Source: an uncultured Candidatus Rokubacteria bacterium (GTDB taxonomy: Bacteria; Methylomirabilota; Methylomirabilia; Rokubacteriales; CSP1-6). Taken from it: a stretch of 64,000 nucleotides of DNA. The DNA lies in contig CAVYTA010000006.1 in NCBI GenBank assembly GCA_963771355.1, positions 2,272,001-2,336,000 of the forward strand, in the 5' to 3' direction. The notes beneath the pieces were generated by a model. The model made no database searches and was not told where the DNA came from. It was given only the letters and a program-made list of their open reading frames with translations. Below, one piece after another: positions 8,429 to 17,825 of the stretch; within the stretch, counting starts at the first letter, position 1; each line of letters starts with the position of its first letter. Position numbers and translations under genes: made by a program.

Positions 8429-9468
8429 GGGTGTCCTCCCTCGTCACACGCCCGCGGCACCACCTCCCGCCCCCAGCGCTCGATGAAACGGCGCGGCTCG
8501 CGGACGAAGCCCGTGAGCAGGAGCTGCGGCGCGCCCGCCGCCGCCGCGCTCCGAGCCGCGGCCGCGCATTCCTCCGGCGTGCCCGCGATGGCGAAGCGGT
8601 CGGCGAGATAGTCGGTCAGCCCCCAGCGGTCGGTGAGGCCCGCGTTGGGGGTGGCGCCCAGCACCTCATGATGGTGGGGCTCGTACTCCTTACGCAGGCC
8701 GCGCACCTGCTCGTGGAGATCAGGGGCGAGCCCCTTGCCCTCGAAGGTGAAGCGGAAGGCGTGGTTGGCGCTCGCCGCCAGCGCCATCTTGATCGGCTCC
8801 ACCGCCGCCGCGCGGCTTTCCGCCACGTTGGATTTCACGAGCCACCACACGTCGAGGTCCTCCACGCGCCGCCCCCCGTCGCGGGCGCCCGCGGCGATGG
8901 CCTCCCAGCTGAGGCGCACCACGTCCGGGGTGAGCCCCAAGCCCACGATGATGCCATCCGCCACGCGGCCGGCGAGCCGGAGCATCTCGGGCCCTTCCGC
9001 GGCGAGATAGATGGGGATGCGCCGCTTGGCGTGACGCACCCGCCAGATATGCCCGCCGTGCTCCACCGGCTCGCCCGCGGTGAGCCGGTTCGCCGTGGCC
9101 ACCGCCTCCTCCAGCGCGGCGCGGGTGGCGGGCGCCGCGCCCACCGTATAGAGCGCGCTGTCTCCCGACCCCAGCCCGAGAACGGCGCGGCCGTCCGAGA
9201 CCTCGTCGAGGCTCGAGATCGCACTGGCGGTCACCACCGGATGCCGCGTCACTGGATTGCTCACGAGCGGCCCCAGGCGCGCGCGGCGGGTGGCCAGGGC
9301 GGCCACGGTGAGGCTCACGTACGCCTCGCGGAAGACCGACTGCGAGTCGCCGACCCCGAGGAGCTCGAAGCCGGCGTCCTCCGCCTCGCGGCAGGTGGCG
9401 CCGAACTCGCTCAGGACTTCGGGAAGCAGGATGAGGCCGAAACGGACGCGCGAGGCGCCCGCCGGCAT
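8425..9468 (-). CDS. LLM-class flavin/F420-dependent oxidoreductase (Mer-like)
   Basis: GDSQ, NPVTRHPVVTA, GRAVLGLGSGDS, PIYLAAEGP, ADGII. Confidence 0.88.
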   Translation of the reverse strand: MPAGASRVRFGLILLPEVLSEFGATCREAEDAGFELLGVGDSQSVFREAYVSLTVAALATRRARLGPLVSNPVTRHPVVTASAISSLDEVSDGRAVLGLGSGDSALYTVGAAPATRAALEEAVATANRLTAGEPVEHGGHIWRVRHAKRRIPIYLAAEGPEMLRLAGRVADGIIVGLGLTPDVVRLSWEAIAAGARDGGRRVEDLDVWWLVKSNVAESRAAAVEPIKMALAASANHAFRFTFEGKGLAPDLHEQVRGLRKEYEPHHHEVLGATPNAGLTDRWGLTDYLADRFAIAGTPEECAAAARSAAAAGAPQLLLTGFVREPRRFIERWGREVVPRACDEGGHP

Positions 9469-9469
9469 C

Positions 9470-10291
9470 TCAACGCGCCTCGCCCGGCCGATCGGCGGCG
9501 CCCAGCACTCGCGAGAGCGACCGCGCGGTGTCCTTGACCTGCTTGGCGAGGCGCGCGAAGTTCGCGTTCATCCGCGCGCTCGGGCCGGCCACCACCAGCG
9601 CCGCGGTGAGCTGGCCCTCGCGGTCGAAGATGGGCGCGGAGATGCCCCCCGCTCCCTCCACCACTTCCTCGCGGGTCACCGAGAGCCCGGTACGCCGGAT
9701 CTCGGCCAGGTTGCGCTTGAGCGCGGCGCGGTCGGTGATGGTGTGTCGGGCCACCGGCTTGAGCCGCGTGGAGTGCAGGTACTCGTCCTGCGCCTCCGGC
9801 GTCATGTAGGCGAGGAAGAGCTTGCCGATGGCCGAGCAGTACAGCGGCCGGCGCTCGCCGAGGGAGACCGTGTAACGGAGCGGGTTCTGACTGTCCACCT
9901 TGTCGATGTAGACGGCCACCGGGGCGTCGGTGGCCAGGGTGCCGATGAGTGCGGTCTCGCCGCTGCGCTCCACCAGATCCTCGAGGAAGGGGCGCGCCAG
10001 CTCCGGGAGCTCGCGGCTGGACAGCGCCGCCATCGCGAAGGTGAAGGCGCCCGGACCCAGCCGGTAGCGGCTGTCGGCGCCGCGCACGAGATACCCCAGC
10101 CGGGTGAGCGAGCGCAGGAGATAGAAGAGGCTCGACTTGGGAGAGCCGAGCCGCTGGCTCAGCTCGCTGAGGGTCTCCCCTTCGCGGTGGCGCGCGAGGA
10201 CCTCCAGCGTTTGCAGCACGCGGCCGATGGCGCGCGGCCCCCCGTCGCGGGGTCGCTGGGCACTGCTTTCGGACTGGGTCTCGGTTCGCAT
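9470..10291 (-). CDS. IclR family transcriptional regulator
   Basis: N-terminal wHTH (LSELSQRLGSPKSS), YRLGP, GERRPLYCSAIGK, ISAPIFD. Confidence 0.93.
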   Translation of the reverse strand: MRTETQSESSAQRPRDGGPRAIGRVLQTLEVLARHREGETLSELSQRLGSPKSSLFYLLRSLTRLGYLVRGADSRYRLGPGAFTFAMAALSSRELPELARPFLEDLVERSGETALIGTLATDAPVAVYIDKVDSQNPLRYTVSLGERRPLYCSAIGKLFLAYMTPEAQDEYLHSTRLKPVARHTITDRAALKRNLAEIRRTGLSVTREEVVEGAGGISAPIFDREGQLTAALVVAGPSARMNANFARLAKQVKDTARSLSRVLGAADRPGEAR

Positions 10292-10321
10292 ATATGAAGT
10301 CGTATCGGAAGACCGAATTGC

Positions 10322-10350
10322 ACACTACGCAGGCAGCCCGCGTGTGTCAA
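10322..10350 (-). promoter_or_regulatory. Sigma70 promoter of the iclR operon
   Basis: TTGACA-N17-TAGTGT on the minus strand; imperfect palindrome TTCGCATATATGAA (10285-10298) over the start codon may be an operator. Confidence 0.6.
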
Positions 10351-11540
10351 ACGCTTGGGCGAAGGAGGGAGCCCGCGGGGACGAAATCGCCGAGCACGCC
10401 CAGCACCTGGTCGAGCCGCGCGGGACGGCGCGCGAGGGTGTGCGCGGCGAGGTTGGCGAGGAGCCGGTGGGCGATGAGCCCCTGCAGCGCGCGCGTGAGC
10501 CGCGCCTTGCCGCGGAACGCCGCGCGGCGCGCGCGCCCGTACGGCGCGAGCGCGGCGCGCGAGCACTCGCCCCCGCGGAGCGCGTCGTGGGCGACCTCCG
10601 CCAGGAGCTCGGCGCCGCGGAGCGCAGTGTAGAGGCCTTCGCCGGTGAAGGGATCGTAGAAGCCGCCCGCGTCCCCCACCAGGGCCACTCCATCCGCGCG
10701 CGGCTCGGCCACGTGATAGGCGAGCGGGCCCATGGCCATGAGCGGACCCACCGCTCGGAGTCCGGCGAGGCGCGGGGCCAGGTGGCGGAGCTGCTTGAGC
10801 CGCGCCGCGAAGAAGACGTCGAGCCGCCCGCGATAGGGCTGAACATGCGCCAGCGGCACCACCAGGCTCAGGTTCGCGACCCCCACCGCCACCGGATTGA
10901 GGATGGAGTAGTCGGGCGGGTCCACGTAGATCTCGCCCATGTCGTCGAGACCGGCGAGGCCCTCCACGTCCTGAACGAGCGCCATCCGCTGCAGGCGATG
11001 CGGGCGCACGAGCCCCAGCGCGCGTGCCACCACGGACGCGCGGCCGTCCGCGCCCACCACCAGCCGGGCGCCCACCTCGAAGGGCCGGCCGGCGGCGTCC
11101 TCCGCCTGGACTCCCGCGACCCGGCCCCCGTCCATCCGCAACCCGGTGACGCGGTGGCGCTCGCGCGCGTCCGCGGTGAGCCCCCGCGCACGCTCGAGGA
11201 GGATGCGGTCGAGGATCTCGCGGGGCACCGCGAGGGCGTGGTCCCGATAGCCGCGCCAGGGGCCCGCGGTGGGATAGCGGCCCTCCAGCCGGGTGCCGTC
11301 GGGCGCCACGATGCGCATGCCCCGCAGCGGCCGCGCACCCGCCGCGTCCACCTCCTTGAGGGCGCCCAGGCGGTCGAGGATGCGCGCCGCTTCCGGGGAG
11401 AGATACTCGCCGCAGATCTTCGGCCGGGGAAAGGCCGCCTTGTCGAGGAGCAACACCGACCAGCCCCGCTCGGCGAGGAGGATGGCGGTGGCGCTGCCGG
11501 CGGGGCCCGCGCCCACCACGATCACGTCATAGGTGCTCAT
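10347..11540 (-). CDS. NAD(P)/FAD-dependent oxidoreductase (geranylgeranyl-reductase/monooxygenase-like)
   Basis: DVIVVGAGPAG, FPRPKICGE, VGADG, LVGDAGGFYDPFTGEG. Confidence 0.85.
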   Translation of the reverse strand: MSTYDVIVVGAGPAGSATAILLAERGWSVLLLDKAAFPRPKICGEYLSPEAARILDRLGALKEVDAAGARPLRGMRIVAPDGTRLEGRYPTAGPWRGYRDHALAVPREILDRILLERARGLTADARERHRVTGLRMDGGRVAGVQAEDAAGRPFEVGARLVVGADGRASVVARALGLVRPHRLQRMALVQDVEGLAGLDDMGEIYVDPPDYSILNPVAVGVANLSLVVPLAHVQPYRGRLDVFFAARLKQLRHLAPRLAGLRAVGPLMAMGPLAYHVAEPRADGVALVGDAGGFYDPFTGEGLYTALRGAELLAEVAHDALRGGECSRAALAPYGRARRAAFRGKARLTRALQGLIAHRLLANLAAHTLARRPARLDQVLGVLGDFVPAGSLLRPSV

Positions 11541-12265
11541 CGCGCGAGCCCGCGGCCGCCGACCAGACAGTAGCGCAGCAAGGGCGCGTAGCGGCGAATC
11601 ACCACGTGACGAAGTCCCGCGCGCGCGCAGAGCCCGCGCACCTCGTCGGGGGTGTACGCGCGCTTCACGGACAGCGGCCCGTCGTGACGCGACAGCCGGC
11701 CGCAGGCCAGCACGCGCGTGGCGAGCCACACCAGGATCAGGGCGGTGCGGCTCCGCGCGAGATCGTTCACCACCAGGCCCGCACGCGCCACCGCGTCCAT
11801 GGCGGCGAGGTACGCCGCCGCGGCGGCGGGCTCGAGGTGATGCAGGGTGAGCGCGGAGATGGCAAGGTCCACCGACTCGGGGCGGAAGGGGAGCGCGAGC
11901 GCGTCGGCGCGCACGAACGTGATCTCCCCGTAGCCGTCGGTGGCCTGGCGCGCCACCGCCAGCGTGGCCGCGTCCAGGTCGAGCGCGATGACCCGGAGAG
12001 ATCGCCCCGCGCGGCGGGCCCAGCGCACCAGCGCCCGCGGGATGTCGGCGCTGCCGGTGCCGACGTCGAGCACGGTGACGGGCCGGTCCGGCGGGTAGCG
12101 GGCGAGGAGACGCCGCACATGGCGGAGGGTGACGAGGCGCCCGCCGAAGACGCCGTTGAGCCGCGCCACGTCGCCGAGGCTCCGCACGAGATCGCGGAAC
12201 GGCACCGGTCCGTCGAGAAGCTCGCGGACTCCAGCCGCCCGCGGCAACGGTGCGAAGAGGGGCAT
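11537..12265 (-). CDS. Class I SAM-dependent methyltransferase
   Basis: VLDVGTGSADI, LTLHHL, VVNDLAR, HDGPLSVKRAY. Confidence 0.85.
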   Translation of the reverse strand: MPLFAPLPRAAGVRELLDGPVPFRDLVRSLGDVARLNGVFGGRLVTLRHVRRLLARYPPDRPVTVLDVGTGSADIPRALVRWARRAGRSLRVIALDLDAATLAVARQATDGYGEITFVRADALALPFRPESVDLAISALTLHHLEPAAAAAYLAAMDAVARAGLVVNDLARSRTALILVWLATRVLACGRLSRHDGPLSVKRAYTPDEVRGLCARAGLRHVVIRRYAPLLRYCLVGGRGLAR

Positions 12266-12266
12266 G

Positions 12267-13304
12267 CTACCAGCGCAGCAACGCGCCCTCGGCGGCGAAG
12301 CCGGGGCCGAGCGCGATCATGAGCCCCCAGTCACCGGGCCGCGGGGCGCCGGCGCGCAGCGCCTCCTCCAGCACGAAGACCACGGTGGCGGAGGACATGT
12401 TGCCGAAGGCACGGAGCACGTGGCGAGAGTGGGCGAGCTGGTCGTCGGTGAGGTCGAGAAGCTTCTTCGCGTGCTCGATCACGCGGCGGCCGGCGGAGTG
12501 CAGCACGAAGTGGCGCACGTCGTCCTTCTTGAGTCCCTGGCTCTCCATCAGGAGATCGGCCATCTCCTTCATCATGCCGGCGCCGATGCGCCGCACTTCC
12601 TTGGAGAGCACCACGCGGGGCCGCCCGCCCGGGTACTCGAAGCCCATGGCGGGAAGGTGCTCGGGGCGGAACAGCGTGCGGTGCTCCACCACCGCGGGGC
12701 CGTGGGCGTCGTTGGACAGCGCGATGGCGCCCGCGCCGTCGGCGAAGATCGCGTGCGCCACCGCGCTCTCGAGCCGGTCGTCGAGATAGTAGGCGGCGGA
12801 GCAGAGCTCGACCGCCACCATCACCGCGCGATGGCGCGGGAACGCGCGGAGGTGGTTCCAGGCCTGCTGGAGGGCGACCACCGCGGACGCGCAGCCGGTA
12901 TCCCCCACGTGGACCCGCTGGACCTGGGGCCGCAGCCCCAGCGCACGGATGAGGTGGGCGTCGAGGCTCGGGCACAGGCGACCCGTGCAGGTGGTGGTCG
13001 CGAGGAAATCCACGTCCTCGGGCCGCCAGCCCGCGCGCTGCACGGCCAGGCGAACCGCCTCGGTGGCCAGCTCGACGGCGCCGCGCTGGAAGCGGTCGTT
13101 GAGCTCGTCGACCGTCTCGTGCGGCGTCTGGCCCGCCTTGAAGGTCTCCGGGTCGAAGTAGAGGTAGCGGCCCTCGATCTGGCTGTTGGCGAAGAAGCCC
13201 GCCCGCTGGGCGTCGCCGTAGCCGGCCATGCCGAGGACGGTGCGCTGGTCGAAGCGGTGGCGGGGGGTGGCGGTCGCGACGCCCGCGATCTTGGGCGTGG
13301 TCAT
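12267..13304 (-). CDS. Type III polyketide synthase
   Basis: Catalytic Cys (DTGCAS), His (FVLHSAG), Asn (FGNMSSAT); IFADGAGA; LGPGFAAE. Confidence 0.9.
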   Translation of the reverse strand: MTTPKIAGVATATPRHRFDQRTVLGMAGYGDAQRAGFFANSQIEGRYLYFDPETFKAGQTPHETVDELNDRFQRGAVELATEAVRLAVQRAGWRPEDVDFLATTTCTGRLCPSLDAHLIRALGLRPQVQRVHVGDTGCASAVVALQQAWNHLRAFPRHRAVMVAVELCSAAYYLDDRLESAVAHAIFADGAGAIALSNDAHGPAVVEHRTLFRPEHLPAMGFEYPGGRPRVVLSKEVRRIGAGMMKEMADLLMESQGLKKDDVRHFVLHSAGRRVIEHAKKLLDLTDDQLAHSRHVLRAFGNMSSATVVFVLEEALRAGAPRPGDWGLMIALGPGFAAEGALLRW

Positions 13305-13375
13305 GGGCGCAGGGTACGCCCCGGCTATTGTCATGTCCAGGAGCCGGGTGCTAGCGTGACCGAAAGGAGTTCCCC

Positions 13376-13900
13376 ATGCCCCTCTTCGCCTTCGAAGGAA
13401 AGACGCCGAAGATCCATCCCACCGCCTTCATCGCGCCCACCGCCAGCATCATCGGCGACGTGACGGTGGAGGAGAATGCGTCCATCTGGTACAACACCGT
13501 GCTCCGCGCCGACTTCTCCCCCATCGTGATCCGGCGCGGGGCGAACGTGCAGGACGGCTCCGTGATCCACGTGACGCCGGCCGGCGGCACCGAGGTGGGC
13601 CCCGGCGCCACCATCGGGCACCTGTGCATGGTGCACGCGGCCACCATCGGCGAGGAGGCGCTGGTGGGCAATGCCTCCACCGTGCTCGACGGGGCGCGCA
13701 TCGGCGCGCGGTCCATGATCGCGGCCGGCTCCCTGGTCACCCCGGGCACGGACATTCCCGAGGGCGTGCTCGCCCTGGGCGCGCCCTGCAAGGTGCGCGG
13801 GCCGATCGCCGGCACCCCCGCCGAGCGCTGGGTGCAGATGAATCCCGCCGGCTACCAGGCGCTTGCCCAGCGACATCGGGTGGGCGTGACGCCGGCATGA
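13376..13900 (+). CDS. Gamma carbonic anhydrase family protein
   Basis: Hexapeptide repeats, VLRAD, NVQDGSVIH, TIGH...H. Confidence 0.9.
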   Translation: MPLFAFEGKTPKIHPTAFIAPTASIIGDVTVEENASIWYNTVLRADFSPIVIRRGANVQDGSVIHVTPAGGTEVGPGATIGHLCMVHAATIGEEALVGNASTVLDGARIGARSMIAAGSLVTPGTDIPEGVLALGAPCKVRGPIAGTPAERWVQMNPAGYQALAQRHRVGVTPA

Positions 13901-14580
13901 GCGCGGTGGCCGGCGGGACCGGCGGCCACGTCCTCGTGACCGGCTTCGAGCCCTTCGGCGGCGACACCGCCAATCCCTCCCAGGAGGTGGCGAAGGCCCT
14001 CGACGGCCGGCGTCTCGGCGACACCGTCATCCGCGCCCTCGTATTGCCCGTGCAGCACGAGGACGCGCGCGCAGCGCTGGTGCCCGCACTGGCCGAGGGG
14101 GGGCTGCGCGCCGCCGTGCTGCTTGGACTGGCCGGCGGGCGCATGCGGGTGGCCCTCGAGCGCGCCGCCCTCAACGTGATGGACTATCTCGAGCCCGACA
14201 ATCGCGGCGACGTGGTGCGCGGCGCGCCCTGCGCGCCCGGCGGTCCCGCCGCCTACTGGAGCACGCTGCCGCTGGCCGCCATCCTGGAGGCGCTGGGCGC
14301 CGAGGGCATCCCCGCCTACGTGTCGAACTCCGCCGGGACCTTCCTCTGCAACTACACCCTCTATGCGGCGCTCCACGCCCTCGCGGAGAGCGGGCGGGGG
14401 CTGCCGGCGGGCTTCATCCATCTCCCCTACCTCCCGTCCATGGTGGCCTCGCATGGACGGGACGAGCCGAGCATGGACCTGGCGCTCATGGTCCGCGCGG
14501 CAGAAGTCGCCGCGAAGCTGGCGCTCGCCCATCAGGGGCTGGCGGCGGGCAGGCACAGCGCCACCGCGAAGCCCATGTAA
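13897..14580 (+). CDS. pcp: Pyroglutamyl-peptidase I
   Basis: VLVTGFEPFGG, NPS, SNSAGTFLCN, GFIHLP. Confidence 0.9.
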   Translation: MSAVAGGTGGHVLVTGFEPFGGDTANPSQEVAKALDGRRLGDTVIRALVLPVQHEDARAALVPALAEGGLRAAVLLGLAGGRMRVALERAALNVMDYLEPDNRGDVVRGAPCAPGGPAAYWSTLPLAAILEALGAEGIPAYVSNSAGTFLCNYTLYAALHALAESGRGLPAGFIHLPYLPSMVASHGRDEPSMDLALMVRAAEVAAKLALAHQGLAAGRHSATAKPM

Positions 14581-15155
14581 TCGATCCACGCCTGCTGGCC
14601 GCGGACGAGATTCCCCAGGTCGAGCCGATGGATCCGCAGGGTCCCCTCGCCGCGGGCGACGCGCTCGTAGACCTCCAGTGCCCGCTGCCGGCTCTGGTCG
14701 GTGTCATCCGGTCGTTGCCAGAGCAGCCGGTCCAGCGCATCCGCCGCCGCGCGGTAGTCCTCCCGCTTCACCACGAAGCTGAAGTCGCGTCGCGCCGGGG
14801 GCGCGTTCACTCCGCCGAGATTCGGCCCCGTATTGTCGGGATTCCGGAAGTGCCAGCCCTCGATGAAGCGCGCGTTGATCCCTCGGTGCGGCGGGGTCAC
14901 CACGGCCGCATAGTCCTCGTCGTCGCGGGGCGCCCGGACCACCTTGATCGTCCAGCCCAGCGAGGGCGCGGGGTCAGGTTCGAGGAGGAAGACGAGGTCG
15001 CCTTCGATCCGCCGCTCGAAGCGCTGCCCTCGCCCGACCTCGCCCGTGAAGTCGGCCGCACGGCACGCCGTCGCCGTCACACCCAGGGTCTGGGCGGCCG
15101 GAGCCGCCGCGACGGCGTGGAGTGCGAGCAGGGCGAGGGCGCCGGCGCGGATCAG
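14532..15155 (-). CDS. Hypothetical secreted protein (start uncertain)
   Basis: Signal-like IRAGALALLALHAVAAAPAAQ right after the ACAD stop; protein-like composition (TPPHRGINARFIEGWHFRN); 49-bp convergent overlap with pcp. Confidence 0.55.
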   Translation of the reverse strand: MIRAGALALLALHAVAAAPAAQTLGVTATACRAADFTGEVGRGQRFERRIEGDLVFLLEPDPAPSLGWTIKVVRAPRDDEDYAAVVTPPHRGINARFIEGWHFRNPDNTGPNLGGVNAPPARRDFSFVVKREDYRAAADALDRLLWQRPDDTDQSRQRALEVYERVARGEGTLRIHRLDLGNLVRGQQAWIDYMGFAVALCLPAASP

Positions 15156-16909
15156 CGCGCGCCCGGCACCGCCTCGAGCGCGGCCAGCGGAACCGGGGTC
15201 CAGTCGGCGAGCGCGTCGAGCCACTCGATCTCGCGCGCGCCGAAGGCGGGTGCGGTGGGGTCGCGGGGAACGAGCCATCGCCGCAGATAGAGCGCCCCCG
15301 TGAAGAGCGTGTGGGCGTCGCCGCGCGCCTCCAGGAGCGCCTGGCCCTCGGAGAGGAGCAGGCTCGCGGCGAGCAGGTGGTAGAGCGTATCGGCCACCGG
15401 CCGCGCTTCCAGCTCGCGCTCCGCCGCGGGGAGGGCCGGCCAGCCCCCCACGCGCCGGCGCACCGCCTCGAACCCGTCGAGCGCCACGTCCACCCAGGGC
15501 TTGGCGGCCGCCTCGCTCACGCGGCGCAGCCGGTCCGCCGCAAAGGCCAGCAGCGGCTCGTGGGCGGCCTCGCGCAGGATCGCGCGCTGCACGTCGAGCG
15601 CCACCACATTGCTCGCGCCTTCCCAGATGGCGCCGAGATAGCTGTCGCGCACCAGCCGCGCGTTCACCCACTCCTCGATGTAGCCGTTGCCGCCGCGCAC
15701 GTTCATGGCCTCGGCGGTGACGAGCCGCGCGTGCTGGGTGATCCAGTATTTCGCCAGCGGCGTGGTGATGCGGAAGAGCGCCCGCGCCTCGGCCACCCCC
15801 CCGTCCCACCGGTCCAGCGTGCTCGCTCCGTGCAGCACCACCGAGGCGGCGGCTTCCGTGTCCACCACCATCTGCACGAGCTGCGCGCGAAGCAGCGGCA
15901 GCTCGGCGAGCGGCCGCCCGAAGGCCACGCGGGCGCGCGCGTGCGTGAGCGCCTCGTGCAAGGCGCGGCGCATGAGGGCGGCGGAGCGCATGGCGTTGGA
16001 CAGCCGGGAGACATTGACCATCTCCATCATCTGCTTGAAGCCGCGGGCGAGATCGCCGACCGGATAGGCCACCGCGCCGGCGTAGGTCACTTCGGCGCTG
16101 GCCATGGACCGCGAGCCGAACTTGTCCTTCAAACGATTGATCGTCAGCGCGTTGCGGGTCCCGTCGGGCAGCACCTTGGGGACGAGGAACATGGCCAGCC
16201 CCGCCGTGCCCGGCGGCGCGCCCTCGGGGCGCGCGAGCGTGAAGGCGATGTCGGCATTGGCGTTGGAGCAGAACCACTTGTCGCCCCAGAGCCGCCAGGC
16301 GCCGTCGGCATCCCGGCGCGCGACCGTGGTGGCCGCGCCCACGTCGGAGCCGCCGGTCTTCTCCGTCATCCACTGCGTGCCCTGGCAGAGCGCGTCCATG
16401 TCCGTGGCGGTGAGTCTCTCCAGATAGCGCGCCCGGAGATCCGCGCTGCCGTAGTGCCGGAGCATGCGCGCCCCGGAGTCCGTCATGTTGACGGGGCAGA
16501 GAAGCCCGAACTCGGACTGGGCAAAGAGATAGGACAGCGCGTACTTCACCACGTGGGGCACCGGGCCCGGCCAGCCCAGCACGCCCGGCCGGTGGGACAT
16601 GGCGGCCAGCCCGAAGCGACCGAAGGCCAGCGCCTCCATCCGCCGGTACGACGGATGGAAGAGCACCTCGTCCACGCGCTCGCCGCGCTCGTCCCACTGC
16701 CGCAGGACGGGCGGGTTCTTGTCCGCCTCGTGCGCGAGGGCGTCCAGCTCCCCGCCCGCGACCTCCCCCATGGCGACCAGGTGCGGGCGCGCGCGGGCGA
16801 AGGTCTCCCGGTCCATCACCGCCGCGCAGAGCCGCTCGAGGTTGCCGTCGGCGAGGTAGAAGTTGGTGCCCCGCGTGCTCGGCATGGCGTTCTGCGCCGG
16901 CGTCGTCAT
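15152..16909 (-). CDS. Acyl-CoA dehydrogenase, AidB-like
   Basis: LCPVNMT, QWMTEKTGGSDV, GDKWFCS, LKDKFGSRSMASAE, GGNGYIEE, IWEGASNV. Confidence 0.9.
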   Translation of the reverse strand: MTTPAQNAMPSTRGTNFYLADGNLERLCAAVMDRETFARARPHLVAMGEVAGGELDALAHEADKNPPVLRQWDERGERVDEVLFHPSYRRMEALAFGRFGLAAMSHRPGVLGWPGPVPHVVKYALSYLFAQSEFGLLCPVNMTDSGARMLRHYGSADLRARYLERLTATDMDALCQGTQWMTEKTGGSDVGAATTVARRDADGAWRLWGDKWFCSNANADIAFTLARPEGAPPGTAGLAMFLVPKVLPDGTRNALTINRLKDKFGSRSMASAEVTYAGAVAYPVGDLARGFKQMMEMVNVSRLSNAMRSAALMRRALHEALTHARARVAFGRPLAELPLLRAQLVQMVVDTEAAASVVLHGASTLDRWDGGVAEARALFRITTPLAKYWITQHARLVTAEAMNVRGGNGYIEEWVNARLVRDSYLGAIWEGASNVVALDVQRAILREAAHEPLLAFAADRLRRVSEAAAKPWVDVALDGFEAVRRRVGGWPALPAAERELEARPVADTLYHLLAASLLLSEGQALLEARGDAHTLFTGALYLRRWLVPRDPTAPAFGAREIEWLDALADWTPVPLAALEAVPGAR

Positions 16910-16913
16910 CGCC

Positions 16914-17708
16914 TCACCGCCCGGTGAAGTTGGGCTTCCGCTTGTCCATGAAGGCCTGGACACCTTCCTTGTGGTCCGACGTCTCGCGCACCACCGCCAT
17001 GTGCGAGGACACGAGGTCGAGATGGGTGCGGAGATCGAGCCGCATGGACTGGTACACCAGCCGCTTGATCATTCTGATCGGCACCTGCGGCCCGCTCGCG
17101 ATCTGGGCGGCCAGCGCATAGGTGGCGTCGCGCAGCTCGGCGGCGGGGACCACGCGGTTGACGACGCCGAGGCGAAGCGCTTCCGGCGCCTCGATGAAGT
17201 CCGCCGTCCACAGGAGCTCCAGCGCCTTCGCGGTGCCGGTGAGGCGCGGGAGGAAATAGGTGTCGCCGTCGCCGGGCACCAGGCCCACGCGCACGTAGCC
17301 GGTGGAGAAGCGCGCGGTGTCCGCGGCCACCCGCATGTCGCACATCACGCACATCCCCATGCCGGCGCCCACCGCCACGCCGTTCACCATGGCGATGACC
17401 GGCTTGTCCATGGCCTCCAGCGCCTTGGGCACCCGGTGGATGTTCTCCCACAGCCCGTTCTTGTGGTCGAGCGGGCTCGGTCGCCCCTCGCCCATGCGTG
17501 CCACGTCCCCGCCCGCGCAGAACGCCTTGCCGGCGCCGGTGACGATGACCACGTTCACCTCGGGATCGCGCTGCGCCTCCTGCAGCGAGCCGGCCCAGGC
17601 GTCGATCATGGGCCCCGTGAAGGCGTTCATCTTGTCGGGGCGGTTCAGCGTGAGCGTCGCGATCTTGTCCTTCACCTCGTACAGGAGCTCGTCGGTCTTC
17701 GTCGACAT
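16914..17708 (-). CDS. Enoyl-CoA hydratase/isomerase family protein
   Basis: LNRPDKMNA, AFCAGGD, KPVIAMVNGVAVGAG, RKPNFTGR. Confidence 0.92.
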   Translation of the reverse strand: MSTKTDELLYEVKDKIATLTLNRPDKMNAFTGPMIDAWAGSLQEAQRDPEVNVVIVTGAGKAFCAGGDVARMGEGRPSPLDHKNGLWENIHRVPKALEAMDKPVIAMVNGVAVGAGMGMCVMCDMRVAADTARFSTGYVRVGLVPGDGDTYFLPRLTGTAKALELLWTADFIEAPEALRLGVVNRVVPAAELRDATYALAAQIASGPQVPIRMIKRLVYQSMRLDLRTHLDLVSSHMAVVRETSDHKEGVQAFMDKRKPNFTGR

Positions 17709-17785
17709 GGGGTAGATCCTCCGGGCGGCTAGTATACGTTCGCCCGGAGGGCGACACCATCGTCATCGCCGGGATCCTGGCCCCC

Positions 17786-17815
17786 TTGACAACCGTCAGA
17801 CGCGGGACCCATACT
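17786..17815 (+). promoter_or_regulatory. Sigma70-like promoter of the S8/ATP-grasp operon
   Basis: TTGACA-N18-CATACT, 10 nt before ATG 17826. Confidence 0.55.
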
Positions 17816-17825
17816 CGCGCCGGCC

